From Bacteroidota bacterium (lineage in GTDB: Bacteria > Bacteroidota > Rhodothermia > Rhodothermales > UBA10348), in assembly GCA_027622005.1 (NCBI GenBank), contig JAQBZH010000003.1:41532-105531 (forward strand): DNA of 64,000 nt, written 5' to 3'. The notes under the pieces are model-generated. The model worked only from the letters and a program-made list of their open reading frames with translations. It was not told the origin of the DNA and did no database searches. The position numbers were made by a program, and so were the translations under genes. Below, in pieces: positions 1-9,799 of this stretch. Each line of letters begins with the position of its first letter. The first letter of the stretch is position 1.

Positions 1-1
1 G

Positions 2-415
2 AATACATACGAAGCACTAGAAGTAGGGCAGTCTTTTAAGGTAAATAGAGTCTTGACCGCTGAAGATGTTCAGATGTTCGCTGATCTTACTGGCGACGAC
101 AACCCTATACACGTAAACGCGGAATATGCCAGCGGAACGCGTTTTGGAGGCCCTATAGTCCACGGCATCTTTTTACTGGGAATCATTTCCAAAGCATTGG
201 GTCGCGACTTTCCTGGTCCCGGTTGCGTTGCCGTGTCGATTCAGGCCAAATTCCTGCGTCCCGTACCGGTGGGTTCTGAAATTACGGTCGAAGTTCAGGT
301 GGCTGAAAAAATCGAAAAATATCGCCACATCCGCATGAAGACCTACATTTACTTGGGCAAGAAAATGTGTGTCGGGGGAGAAGCGACATTGGTTCCTCCC
401 GGGGAAGCGATTTAA
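2..415 (+). CDS. MaoC-like (R)-specific enoyl-CoA hydratase / hotdog-fold dehydratase; 5' end lies outside the window
   Basis: The frame is open from position 2 to TAA at 413-415. The translation ...EALEVGQSFKVNRVLTAEDVQMFADLTGDDNPIHVN...PIVHGIFLLG carries the MaoC signature (GDxNPIH ... HG). The TTG at 53 used in the ORF track is probably internal. Confidence 0.8.
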   Translation, partial: NTYEALEVGQSFKVNRVLTAEDVQMFADLTGDDNPIHVNAEYASGTRFGGPIVHGIFLLGIISKALGRDFPGPGCVAVSIQAKFLRPVPVGSEITVEVQVAEKIEKYRHIRMKTYIYLGKKMCVGGEATLVPPGEAI

Positions 416-480
416 CGCTTGAGCCAGGCTCGCGTAATTCAAGATCGCATAGGAAGAGCTTATTGGGCCTCTTTAAGCCG

Positions 481-1995
481 TTATTGCACGATCTTATACG
501 CCGTCGATTTGGTGATTTGCTGGGCGCTTTCTACTTGATTCATAATAGCAAGCGTAATTAAATCAACCCCTTTTGTGCCAACGTAGGGTGCCACCAAAGC
601 GTCAAAACGGTTGTTATTAGCCGCCTTTTTTACTTCAACTCGGTTAGGCTGCTTATTGAGAATGGACGGATCCGTTTCGCGACGAAATCCCTGCATGGTA
701 TTAGCAAAATCGACCGCATAATCAGCATACTTTTCTTTGGATGTCAGACCGGTAAAAGCGAATACCATTCCATCAAAATCGATGAAATGAGCCCTTAGCT
801 TCAGTACCGTACCGTTTTGATCCGTTCCTTCGGCAATTACGTAGTTCGCCGAAAACCCCGCAGACTGTCCGATTCCGCTCTCCACTACCGTGATTCCTTC
901 TTGCTTCTTAAATGCCTCGGCAGCTTCGCGAGAAGTTTTGCTTTTTGAATCCACCTCCATGTAAAGAATCGCTTCCTGATTGTCCGTAATCATCACAACT
1001 CTTGTTGGTTGGTTGATCGTCTGAAAACCCCGAGGGACGGGAAAAGCAAACTTCATCTGTGGGTGATGAAACATATTGTTCTGGACAAAACCCTGACGCG
1101 GATCTTCGCCGTAAACCAAGCCCTGAACGTGCCTATATAGAGAGCCTTGGCCCACCTTATTCATCTGATACTCGGCGGTGTATCGGGCAGATCGTTGTTG
1201 GATGAATGCCTCACGATCGCCTGGATCGGGGTGCGAGGACAGTAAACTGGGAAGCGACTGTCCACTTTGCTCGCCCATTCGCTTGAGTGATCGGAAAAAA
1301 GCAGCTCCTTGAGATGCATCATAGCCGGTCATCGCGGCATATTCCACGCCCAATTGGTCTGATTCCGTTTCAGCATCCCGACCGTATTTTAAGAACAGCA
1401 ATTCCGTGGCTTGACTGCCCATGGTAAGCACATTTTCTGCCGCATTTCCACCAAAAACAGCTTGGCTTCCAAGGGCCCCGAGCAAAAGAGCCCCCATCCC
1501 AAACTGCTGTTTCCGGGTGGCTTGTGAACCGTGGCGTCCAACAACGTGACCAATTTCATGACCTAAAACGACAGCCAATTGGGCTTCGTTTTCCATATAG
1601 GCCAGTAGGCCTCTGGTCACATAGACATACCCGCCGGGTAACGCGAATGCGTTTACGACTGGACTGTCCAAAACACGAAAATGAAAGGTCATATTGGCCC
1701 AGACGGGATCTACACCACCACGCCTGAAATGGCTGACTTTGACCAACGCTTGACCCAAGGAGTCGATGTAGGCGGTTGTTTTGGGATTGTCGTACAACCC
1801 GTACTGCGCCACGACAGCGCCATCCGATTCTCGGCCGATTTGTACTTCCTCGGCCGGGGTCCATGCATAACCAAATGACTTCCTTCCCGAAATCGGATTA
1901 ATGGATGAAGTGCATCCCGCGGCGAATGCCGCGAACAAGAGAACGGCGGCGAAACGAGTGAGAGCTATTTTTGAAGCGAATGACTTGAAATACAT
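481..1995 (-). CDS. M48-family zinc metallopeptidase, lipoprotein
   Basis: HEIGHV zinc motif in LGHEIGHVVGRHG. The likely start is MYFKSFASKIALTRFAAVLLFAAFAAGC (ATG at 1995) with a lipobox Cys. The longer ORF to 2052 would overlap recF. Confidence 0.85.
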   Translation of the reverse strand: MYFKSFASKIALTRFAAVLLFAAFAAGCTSSINPISGRKSFGYAWTPAEEVQIGRESDGAVVAQYGLYDNPKTTAYIDSLGQALVKVSHFRRGGVDPVWANMTFHFRVLDSPVVNAFALPGGYVYVTRGLLAYMENEAQLAVVLGHEIGHVVGRHGSQATRKQQFGMGALLLGALGSQAVFGGNAAENVLTMGSQATELLFLKYGRDAETESDQLGVEYAAMTGYDASQGAAFFRSLKRMGEQSGQSLPSLLSSHPDPGDREAFIQQRSARYTAEYQMNKVGQGSLYRHVQGLVYGEDPRQGFVQNNMFHHPQMKFAFPVPRGFQTINQPTRVVMITDNQEAILYMEVDSKSKTSREAAEAFKKQEGITVVESGIGQSAGFSANYVIAEGTDQNGTVLKLRAHFIDFDGMVFAFTGLTSKEKYADYAVDFANTMQGFRRETDPSILNKQPNRVEVKKAANNNRFDALVAPYVGTKGVDLITLAIMNQVESAQQITKSTAYKIVQ

Positions 1996-1997
1996 GG

Positions 1998-3203
1998 TTA
2001 TAACTCTAAGGCTATCTCTAAAAGGGAAGGCTGGACATGTCCGCCAGAACAAACTTCAATGGTGTGGCAGGACATCCCATTTAAATGATCGTGTACAATT
2101 TCTTTGCGCGCCGCCGTAGTAATGCTCTGACCGATGGCGTTGGAGCCCAAAATATCCAGAAAAGCACCGATACGCATCGGGTCTAAGTTGTCGAAAACGT
2201 CATCCAGAAGCAAAATGGGCTTTTCTGAGTTTCGTTCTTTTAAGTATTCGTACTGCGCGAGTTTCATAGACATACCAAACGTTCTATGCTGGCCTTGGGA
2301 GGCAAATCTCCGCACGGGAAGAAGACCGAGGCTCATTTCTAGATCATCTCGGTGAGGTCCAACCAATGTTATCCCGCGATCGCGCTCAGATGCAGCTTTT
2401 CGGGCGATTTCGATGCGAAATAGATCTTGAATCCGATCAATAGACCAGACTATGTCCGCTCCTGATTGATCGGATTTAATGAGGTCTAGCTGCTGAAGGG
2501 ACGTGTCAGAAAATGGATCGTATGAGAGCGAAGGGCGCTCGACCACCGTGCCGATTTTTTGATATGCCGATTCGAGATGGTTCGAAAAGTCCGTTACAAA
2601 CTTATGTCTGGCCAATATCAGATGAGATCCGTGTCGAATTAACTCTTCCGTCCAGGATTCGGGGAGCATTGGATCTGGTGCCGTCCGTCGCTTTCGAGAT
2701 ATTTGAAGCAGTTCGTTTCGCTGTTTTAGTGCTTTCCCATAGCGAAGTAAGTGGTCCAGGTACACAGAACTGGTCTGCGAAATGATATTGTCCAGAAACC
2801 GGCGTCTAACCTCGGGGCCGTCCGAAGTAAGTTGCTGGTCTTCTGGTGAAAAAATGACCACCGGAAACCGTCCCACTAGCTCAGAAAATCGATCTAATGG
2901 TGCTCCACCAACAAAAATCTTTTTCCCTTCGCCAGGTACAAAAGCTACTCGAACCTTGATCGGGACCCTCTTTTCTGATTCAAAAACCCCCTCAATTTCA
3001 AAATGTGGGGCATCCTTTCGAAGGACATACCGATCGCTTGAAGTCAGGAATGATCTGGAAAGGCACATCATATAGATGGCTTCCAGAATATTGGTTTTGC
3101 CCGCGCCATTGGGACCAACTAGAAGATTGGCTCTATCGTCGAACTGAATTTCCGAATTTTCGTGGGCACGAAAGTTTCGAAGACGAATAGACTTTAAAAT
3201 CAC
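1998..3203 (-). CDS. recF: DNA replication and repair protein RecF
   Basis: N-terminus (GTG)ILKSIRLRNFRAHENSEIQFDDRANLLVGPNGAGKTNILEAIY contains the Walker A motif, and LLLDDVFDNLD is the Walker B/D-loop region. I chose the GTG at 3203; the ORF-track extension to 3464 has no RecF-like sequence. Confidence 0.85.
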   Translation of the reverse strand: MILKSIRLRNFRAHENSEIQFDDRANLLVGPNGAGKTNILEAIYMMCLSRSFLTSSDRYVLRKDAPHFEIEGVFESEKRVPIKVRVAFVPGEGKKIFVGGAPLDRFSELVGRFPVVIFSPEDQQLTSDGPEVRRRFLDNIISQTSSVYLDHLLRYGKALKQRNELLQISRKRRTAPDPMLPESWTEELIRHGSHLILARHKFVTDFSNHLESAYQKIGTVVERPSLSYDPFSDTSLQQLDLIKSDQSGADIVWSIDRIQDLFRIEIARKAASERDRGITLVGPHRDDLEMSLGLLPVRRFASQGQHRTFGMSMKLAQYEYLKERNSEKPILLLDDVFDNLDPMRIGAFLDILGSNAIGQSITTAARKEIVHDHLNGMSCHTIEVCSGGHVQPSLLEIALEL

Positions 3204-3336
3204 AGCGTAAATTGAGGCTTGCGGGCATGAACTCGTAATAGCGTTTGGATACGCTAGGATCTTTGTTTCGTTCACGCGGATGAACCCGCTGATCCTTACC
3301 TTTCGGACTTCCTTTCCCCCTACTATTCCAATAATC

Positions 3337-4272
3337 ATGAGCCAAGAGCCCTCGCTGTTTGCCGAAATCCAACGATTGGCTACCGAACAGCGTAATCCTC
3401 GTTCCTCCCAAATCGACACGGCATCGGTGCGCGAGATTTTGGAGATCATGAATGCGGAAGACAAACTGGTAGCCGAGGCGGTTCACAGTCAATTAGATCA
3501 AATTGAACAAGCGGTCACCATTTTAGAAGCTGCATTTCGGGCTGGTGGAAGATTGTTTTACGTGGGGGCTGGAACGAGTGGCCGCTTAGGAATTCTGGAT
3601 GCTTCGGAGTGTCCACCAACTTTTGGTACCGATCCAGAAATGGTTCAAGGACTCATTGCAGGAGGACCGCCCGCCGTTTTCCGGGCCCAAGAGGGAGCTG
3701 AAGATCAGGAAGAGGGCGGGATGCGGGCCCTGATTGAAGCGGGGGTTCGTCCGAACGATGTCGTGTGTGGTATTGCGGCAAGCTGTCGAACGCCGTTTGT
3801 GGTTGGAGCGGTCAGTTACGCTAAAACGTTGGGCTGCAAGACATTATTCGTGACCTGTACGCCCCGCCAAGATTTCAAGCTCAACGTAGACGTACCGATT
3901 TGCGCCGTAGTTGGACCGGAAGTCATCATGGGATCAACTCGAATGAAAAGCGGCACAGCTCAAAAGCTAATTTTGAATATGCTGACCACTGCTTCGATGA
4001 TACGGATGGGCAAAGTGTACGAGAATATGATGGTCGACCTTAAAATGACCAATGCCAAATTGGTGGAGCGTTCAAAACGTACCGTCATGACGGTAACAGG
4101 CTTGGATTACGCCGGGGCCACTGAATTACTCAACGCGTCTGGAGGCCACGTAAAGACCGCCATCGTAGTTCATTTGGCAGGAATTGACCAAGCCGAAGCA
4201 TTGGAGCGTCTTGAACGAGCGGGCGGATTTGTTCGCTTGGCCCTGCAGAATCAGTCCTACTCACCCTCTTGA
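3337..4272 (+). CDS. murQ: N-acetylmuramic acid 6-phosphate etherase
   Basis: ATG at 3337 (MSQEPSLF...). TEQRNPRSSQIDTASVREILEIMNAED, the SIS-domain GAGTSGRLGILDASECPPTFG and a C-terminal GGHVKTAIV are typical of MurQ. Confidence 0.85.
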   Translation: MSQEPSLFAEIQRLATEQRNPRSSQIDTASVREILEIMNAEDKLVAEAVHSQLDQIEQAVTILEAAFRAGGRLFYVGAGTSGRLGILDASECPPTFGTDPEMVQGLIAGGPPAVFRAQEGAEDQEEGGMRALIEAGVRPNDVVCGIAASCRTPFVVGAVSYAKTLGCKTLFVTCTPRQDFKLNVDVPICAVVGPEVIMGSTRMKSGTAQKLILNMLTTASMIRMGKVYENMMVDLKMTNAKLVERSKRTVMTVTGLDYAGATELLNASGGHVKTAIVVHLAGIDQAEALERLERAGGFVRLALQNQSYSPS

Positions 4273-4288
4273 AATTCTAGCCTCCTCC

Positions 4289-7200
4289 GTGTCCCTTTCC
4301 TCGATTCATCAGGCGATTGCAACGGCCAGTTTCTCTAAGAAACTGGCCGAATGGGTGCGTCGGCACCCCCCGACAAACGGAGGGGAAACCGGGGAGCTTC
4401 CGCCAAGTCGGGAGCACGGTTCGGCGTCCAATGGGGAGAAGCTTGTTAACCAAGCTCCGCATCTCCCGGGGGAGCATCTCTCCATACGGGGAGCCGCTGG
4501 GTCCCTTCCCGTTTTTCTTTGCGCCCAAGTTCATGAGGTCGCAGATCGACCCTTGCTTTGTGTGCTAGAAGACGGGGATGCCGCTGCCTTTTTCTGCAGT
4601 GACTTACAACAGGTGGTGGGTAGCGATGAGAATATTTTCTTGCTTCCGCCCTCCGACAGCCGCCCGTTTGACTCGGAACACGTATCCGACCCGGCACCCA
4701 TCATTCAGCGGGCCGACGTAATGCAGCGACTCGCGACTTCCTTCAGGGGCATTATTGTCACCTCGGTCGATGCGCTCACAGAAAAAGTATCGCCCTCGTC
4801 ACGGGTACTTGAGGCCTCTTTAGATATCGTTGTAGGTCAACTCGAGGATCCGGAATACCTCATAGAAAGCCTTGTGACACAAGGATTTACAAGAACTGAG
4901 TTCGTTGAGCAGCCCGGGGACCTGGCGCTTCGAGGTGGGATCTTGGATGTATTTCCATTTACCGGTGCCTTTCCCGTCCGAATTGAATTTTTTGGCGATG
5001 AGATCGATTCGATTCGCGAGTTTGATATCCATACACAGCGATCAGTTAGCCGGCGTACTTCCACAAGGATTGTCCCCAATTTGGACGCCCCTTCGGAGTC
5101 CAACGCACACCGCATCCCTTTAACTGATCATTTTGTCTCGACCGGGGGCCTTCTTGTTCTGGTAAACAGCGCCCAGCTTTTTGATGCTGCACGAGATTTA
5201 TTCGATCGACGGAGCGAAGCCCGAACGGCTCGAATTGAAAAAGGCGCCGATGCGGAAGACGTTTCCGCTTTTTACCTGGATGAATCGGCGCTTCGGGAGG
5301 CCTTGTACCCTTTTCATTGCCTGCATTTTGGCTCATTTCAGGAGGATGTCGAGGATCGAATTGAGCTGGATTCAAAGCCTCAACCTTCTTTTAACACCCG
5401 AATTGCCCAGCTTCGACATCGACTGCTCGAAAACCATCAAAAGGCCGTCCAAACGACCATTTTATGCGACAATGTGAGCCAGGAAGGGCGTTTGATGGAG
5501 CTATTGGAGGACGATGTTTTAGCCGGCAGAGCATCTCTTAAAGTAGAATCACTGCATCGGGGCTTTGAAATTCCCGAACTGAACCTTGCACTCTACACCG
5601 ATCATGAGATTTTCGATCGCTATCATCGTCCATCAGCCAGAAAACAAAAAAACCGCTATGGTGGGTTAAGCCTTCGAGAGCTTCAGCACCTAACCCCCGG
5701 CGATTTTGTTGTTCATATCGATTACGGCGTGGGTCGATTTGCGGGCCTTGAGCAGATCACAGTACGCGAACGGAAGCAGGAAGCAGTACGACTGCAATAT
5801 TTGAACGGCGATGTTCTCTTTGTGAATGTCAATGCGCTCCACAAGCTTCACAAATTCAAGGGGAAAGAAGGACACCAACCCGTTTTAACTAAGCTGGGGT
5901 CCGGTCAATGGGAGAAAGCCAAATCACGAACGAAATCCCGTGTTAAAGACATTGCCAGGGATCTAATACGGCTCTATGCCCAGCGTAAACATTCCGCTGG
6001 ATATGCATTTGGTCCGGACTCTGTTTGGCAACAGGAATTGGAGGCCTCGTTTCAGTTTGAGGATACGCCGGATCAGGCATCAACGATTGAGGCTGTAAAG
6101 GCTGACATGGAAAATGCCGTGCCTATGGATCGCCTTGTTTGTGGTGATGTCGGTTTCGGGAAAACAGAAATAGCCATCAGAGCGGCTTTCAAGGCGGTTC
6201 AAGACGGAAAACAAGTCGCGATTCTAGTTCCAACGACCGTCCTGGCTACCCAACACTATCGCACGTTTCAAAAAAGACTGGCCAACTTTCCGATCGAAGT
6301 CGGGGTTTTGTCTAGATTTCGGACGCCAGCACAGATCAAAGAAACCTTGGCGCGTCTACAGTCGGGGCAGATCGACATAATTATCGGAACGCATCGGCTG
6401 ATTTCAAAGGACGTCATCATCAAAGATTTGGGCCTGTTAGTCATTGATGAGGAGCAACGTTTTGGCGTAGCCATGAAGGAAAAGCTCAGAAAACTGCGCG
6501 TTTCGGTAGATACCCTTACTTTGACAGCCACTCCAATACCCCGGACTCTTCAATTTTCGTTGATGGGCGCCCGCGATTTGTCCATTATTTCGACCGCTCC
6601 GCCCAATCGACAGCCCATCAATACCGAAATCCACGCTTTTGACAAGGATCTGATTCGAGATGCTTTGTTGTACGAGGTCAATCGCGGAGGTCAAGTATTT
6701 TTCATTCACAATCGAGTCCAATCGATTGACGAAATTGGAGGGATGCTTCGCATGTTAGTGCCGGATATTCGTATCCAGGTAGCCCACGGCCAGATGAGCG
6801 GACCCACGCTAGAAAGGGTCATGATGGAGTTCGTGGAAGGTAAGTTTGATGTGTTGGTGAGCACCAATATCATTGAAAATGGACTCGACATTGCCAATGC
6901 CAACACTATAATAATTAACCGGGCCGACCATTTTGGTCTGGCAGAGCTGCATCAGCTGCGCGGGCGCGTGGGTAGATCCGATCGGAAGGCCTTTTGTTAC
7001 CTGCTCGTACCATCTATTCATGGGTTGACTCGGGAAGCAAAACAGCGCCTTCAGGCCGTAGAAGAGTTTAGCGATCTCGGGAGCGGATTTCATTTGGCGA
7101 TGCGCGACCTGGACATTCGGGGAGCAGGCAACATGCTAGGAGCAGAACAGAGCGGAATAATCGCGGAAGTTGGCTTTGAGACATACCATCGGATTCTGGA

Positions 7201-7756
7201 TGAAGCCGTCGAGGAACTACGGACTGAAGAATTCGCCGATCTCTTTGATAAACCGCATGCACCTCGCGCTGGAGAAACCGTTATTGAGGTTGATGCCGAT
7301 GCGCTGATTCCGGATACCTACTTGACCAACCGAATTGAACGGCTCAATCTGTATCGGAAGATATCGGACAGAGCGGATTCTGCGGCCTTGTCAGAAATCA
7401 GAGAGGAGTTGGCCGATCGATTTGGTGAGCCTCCCGCCGAAGTCGATAACTTGTTGACCTCAGCCGAAATAAAATTGGAAGGTCAGCAGATTCGACTGGC
7501 CAAAGTGGTCTTCAAAAATGAACGACTCTTTTTAAGCATACCGACCATGGAGGAAGATCCTTGGTTTTACAGCAATGTGTTTCACCCGTTGTTGGCAGCC
7601 CTTACCGAAATTCCCAATCGGTATGTTTTGAACGATACCAAGGGAAGTCGACTTCGAGCCATCATCCAGGAAGTATCCTCTTTGAAGGAGGCATTGGGTG
7701 TTTTAAAAGGACTCAATGAGAAGCTCCAAGTAGATACTCCCACTGGGCAAAGCTAG
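4289..7756 (+). CDS. mfd: Transcription-repair coupling factor Mfd
   Basis: CarD/TRCF domain (GDFVVHIDYGVGRFAGLE), superfamily-2 helicase motifs (GDVGFGKTEIA, DEEQRFG, TATPIPRT, QLRGRVGRS) and a TRCF C-terminal domain. The start is uncertain. I placed it at the first in-frame GTG after the murQ stop (4289); the ORF-track ATG at 4184 overlaps murQ by 89 nt. Confidence 0.9.
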   Translation: MSLSSIHQAIATASFSKKLAEWVRRHPPTNGGETGELPPSREHGSASNGEKLVNQAPHLPGEHLSIRGAAGSLPVFLCAQVHEVADRPLLCVLEDGDAAAFFCSDLQQVVGSDENIFLLPPSDSRPFDSEHVSDPAPIIQRADVMQRLATSFRGIIVTSVDALTEKVSPSSRVLEASLDIVVGQLEDPEYLIESLVTQGFTRTEFVEQPGDLALRGGILDVFPFTGAFPVRIEFFGDEIDSIREFDIHTQRSVSRRTSTRIVPNLDAPSESNAHRIPLTDHFVSTGGLLVLVNSAQLFDAARDLFDRRSEARTARIEKGADAEDVSAFYLDESALREALYPFHCLHFGSFQEDVEDRIELDSKPQPSFNTRIAQLRHRLLENHQKAVQTTILCDNVSQEGRLMELLEDDVLAGRASLKVESLHRGFEIPELNLALYTDHEIFDRYHRPSARKQKNRYGGLSLRELQHLTPGDFVVHIDYGVGRFAGLEQITVRERKQEAVRLQYLNGDVLFVNVNALHKLHKFKGKEGHQPVLTKLGSGQWEKAKSRTKSRVKDIARDLIRLYAQRKHSAGYAFGPDSVWQQELEASFQFEDTPDQASTIEAVKADMENAVPMDRLVCGDVGFGKTEIAIRAAFKAVQDGKQVAILVPTTVLATQHYRTFQKRLANFPIEVGVLSRFRTPAQIKETLARLQSGQIDIIIGTHRLISKDVIIKDLGLLVIDEEQRFGVAMKEKLRKLRVSVDTLTLTATPIPRTLQFSLMGARDLSIISTAPPNRQPINTEIHAFDKDLIRDALLYEVNRGGQVFFIHNRVQSIDEIGGMLRMLVPDIRIQVAHGQMSGPTLERVMMEFVEGKFDVLVSTNIIENGLDIANANTIIINRADHFGLAELHQLRGRVGRSDRKAFCYLLVPSIHGLTREAKQRLQAVEEFSDLGSGFHLAMRDLDIRGAGNMLGAEQSGIIAEVGFETYHRILDEAVEELRTEEFADLFDKPHAPRAGETVIEVDADALIPDTYLTNRIERLNLYRKISDRADSAALSEIREELADRFGEPPAEVDNLLTSAEIKLEGQQIRLAKVVFKNERLFLSIPTMEEDPWFYSNVFHPLLAALTEIPNRYVLNDTKGSRLRAIIQEVSSLKEALGVLKGLNEKLQVDTPTGQS

Positions 7757-7864
7757 TTTTTACTCGTCTCGCTCGGCCTGAATGACTGTATAATTTCGTG
7801 TAAGTGATTGCGCTGCAACGCTTTACGGAGTTGTGCAAAACGGCCGGTTTGAAGCCCAAAAAAA

Positions 7865-8836
7865 CTAGTATTGCTCGGCAATATTTAATGCTGCTTTTTT
7901 GTGCGCCATCTTGAGCGATTTCGGCTCGACCACTTTCACGGCGTTTCCAAACCGAAGTAACCACGACGTTAAATAACCTAGGTTATCAAATTGGAAAGTT
8001 ACCTGAACCCGTGTACCCTTTTTTTCCTCCTGGTCAATTTTGGCCGGGATGGAAGTTCGAGCCCTTGCATAAGCTTGTTCTGAAAAATCCAAAACTATGG
8101 TTTCAAATGTTGGTCGGCGTCCGTCCTCCTCAAGGTATCGAGCTAAGTCAAATCCTTTGGGTCGCTCAAATTTTTCAGATAAGACAAACATTTCTTCAAT
8201 TCGGTCGAGCCTGAAATTTCGGACTGTCTCGCGCAGGTGGTCAAAAGCAATTAGATTCCAGTGATCCTCATAGTAAACCAAGCCCAGGGGATCGACGCTT
8301 CGCTGCGTCACTTCGGATCTGCTTTCAACAAAGTATTCCATAATCACTTTCCGAGATCTTGCTACAGCCTCGGAAAGTTTGTACCAAACCCCCGTTTCAG
8401 CGCCTTCAGCTTGGACAGCATGCATCCAATACGGATCTAGGACGGTGTTTTCTGATAGACGATCGATATATTCTTTAATTTCGCGAGGTAGCACCGAACG
8501 TATTTTTAGCGATACGGCGTCGGCGTCTCCTCGAAGAGAGGCATCCGATTGTAGCTTCATAAAGGCCGTCCCAATAATAAGGGTAGCCGCTTCACGGGCC
8601 GTCAGCATAAGTGGAGGAAGCTGATAACCTTCCAATATTTCGTACCCGCCCCCTTCTGAATAGGTCAGGGGTACACCCGAATCAGTCAGGGCCCTCAGAT
8701 CCCGAAAGGTAGTCCGCCGGGAAACGTTGAAATGCTCGGCAAGGTCACGAGACGTCAAATGAGGTCTGTTTTGCAACAATAGAATCGTTGCAAATAGTCG
8801 CTCGGTCCGGGTGCCCTGCTTGTCTTCTTTTGCCAC
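7865..8836 (-). CDS. YafY-type HTH plus WYL domain transcriptional regulator
   Basis: N-terminal HTH (RTERLFATILLLQNRPHLTSRDLAEHFNVSRRTTFRDLRAL..GVPL), a central WYL-like region (VDPLGLVYYEDHWNLIAFD) and a C-terminal WCX-like tail. Confidence 0.8.
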   Translation of the reverse strand: MAKEDKQGTRTERLFATILLLQNRPHLTSRDLAEHFNVSRRTTFRDLRALTDSGVPLTYSEGGGYEILEGYQLPPLMLTAREAATLIIGTAFMKLQSDASLRGDADAVSLKIRSVLPREIKEYIDRLSENTVLDPYWMHAVQAEGAETGVWYKLSEAVARSRKVIMEYFVESRSEVTQRSVDPLGLVYYEDHWNLIAFDHLRETVRNFRLDRIEEMFVLSEKFERPKGFDLARYLEEDGRRPTFETIVLDFSEQAYARARTSIPAKIDQEEKKGTRVQVTFQFDNLGYLTSWLLRFGNAVKVVEPKSLKMAHKKAALNIAEQY

Positions 8837-8936
8837 TTAGCTTCCTTACGTCGTTTGCTGGAGTATTACCGATGGGCCCATGTTCGCCAATTCACTCGAC
8901 GGGGCCTTACTTTGTGCTTTTATGCTGCAGATTCCC

Positions 8937-9596
8937 TCAAGTTACGGGAGCCTTCTTTTTAATGTGAACGATGGATTTGGTCTGGAAAAATGCGTCTTTT
9001 CCCAATGAAATTAAGGGCTCAATCGTCGTTTCCAGACCCTCATACTTCTTGTTCATGGTCTGTACCTCCTCCCGCAAATCGCCGCCTTTGAGACAAATTA
9101 GACCGTTTTCCCAATGAGAGGATGGTATTTCATCGCTTGCCGGACTAGCTACTCGGTGGTGCCAATCCCATAAATTAACTAACGACGCCGTCGCGCGGGA
9201 TACCGAATACTGGAAACTTCCTTCCGTTTCTTCGGCACGACCATGGTGTGCTTTACAGTTTTTAATCCCAAGGCGCCGACAGAACAGTTCAATGGACATG
9301 GTCTTTTTTCCATTCGAGTCCACCGCTACGATTTGGGTGGAAGGCCAAACGATGGCTAATGGAATGGCGGGAAGCCCTCCCCCTGACCCCCAGTCTACGA
9401 TGCGTGCTCCGTCCATTACCCCCCGCTCCGCTAAAAAAAGGCAATGACCTATATGACGTTCTAAAATGTGATCGGTATCCTCTCTAGAAATCAAATTGAA
9501 CTGTTTGTTTACATCAAACAGCATCGCAGCATACTCTCGCAGAAGTCGATCTTGATCTTCAGTTAAGGCAATTGGAGAGTAGGACTTCGGATTCAT
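8937..9596 (-). CDS. rsmG: 16S rRNA (guanine527-N7)-methyltransferase RsmG (GidB)
   Basis: ATG at 9596 (MNPKSYSPIAL...). NLISREDTDHILERHIGHCL and the SAM motif VDWGSGGGLPAIPLAI are present, and the gene sits directly downstream of mnmG as is usual. Confidence 0.85.
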   Translation of the reverse strand: MNPKSYSPIALTEDQDRLLREYAAMLFDVNKQFNLISREDTDHILERHIGHCLFLAERGVMDGARIVDWGSGGGLPAIPLAIVWPSTQIVAVDSNGKKTMSIELFCRRLGIKNCKAHHGRAEETEGSFQYSVSRATASLVNLWDWHHRVASPASDEIPSSHWENGLICLKGGDLREEVQTMNKKYEGLETTIEPLISLGKDAFFQTKSIVHIKKKAPVT

Positions 9597-9657
9597 TAAC
9601 AGGGTTATTTCGATACGTTTATTCGGGAGCACCAGGTTTCCGCGCGTTTGGCTCAAA

Positions 9658-9675
9658 GTGTTCCACGTGAAACAC
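9658..9675. promoter_or_regulatory. Near-perfect palindrome GTGTTCCACGTGAAACAC upstream of rsmG
   Basis: It is centred on CACGTG, 62-79 nt upstream of the rsmG ATG. A related perfect copy lies at 9761-9776. Confidence 0.4.
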
Positions 9676-9760
9676 TTTCGCCACTTTAAGCAATGAGCTT
9701 GGCCAGTTCGGACCGTTAGCAAGGTGCCAATCGTCAGAAAATGGCCCTTTGTCCATCCAT

Positions 9761-9776
9761 TGTTTCACGTGAAACA
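9761..9776. promoter_or_regulatory. Perfect 16-bp palindrome TGTTTCACGTGAAACA just downstream of the mnmG stop
   Basis: Read directly from the sequence. It shares the TTCACGTGAAACA core with the site at 9658-9675. No U-tract follows, so it is not a classical terminator. Confidence 0.4.
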
Positions 9777-9799
9777 TCCTGAAAAGGCGGGAGGCGCGA

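Noticed and set aside
3204-3464. The upstream extension of the recF ORF (488 aa in the track)
   Set aside because: The conserved RecF N-terminus (ILKSIRLRNF) begins at the GTG at 3203. The extension overlaps the murQ start region on the opposite strand and has no RecF similarity.
7753-7868. The 9-bp inverted repeat CTAGTTTTT...AAAAACTAG bracketing the mfd/WYL convergent spacer
   Set aside because: Each arm contains the stop codon of one of the two convergent genes, and the arms are about 95 nt apart. This is most simply a coincidence of stop-codon contexts rather than a structured element.
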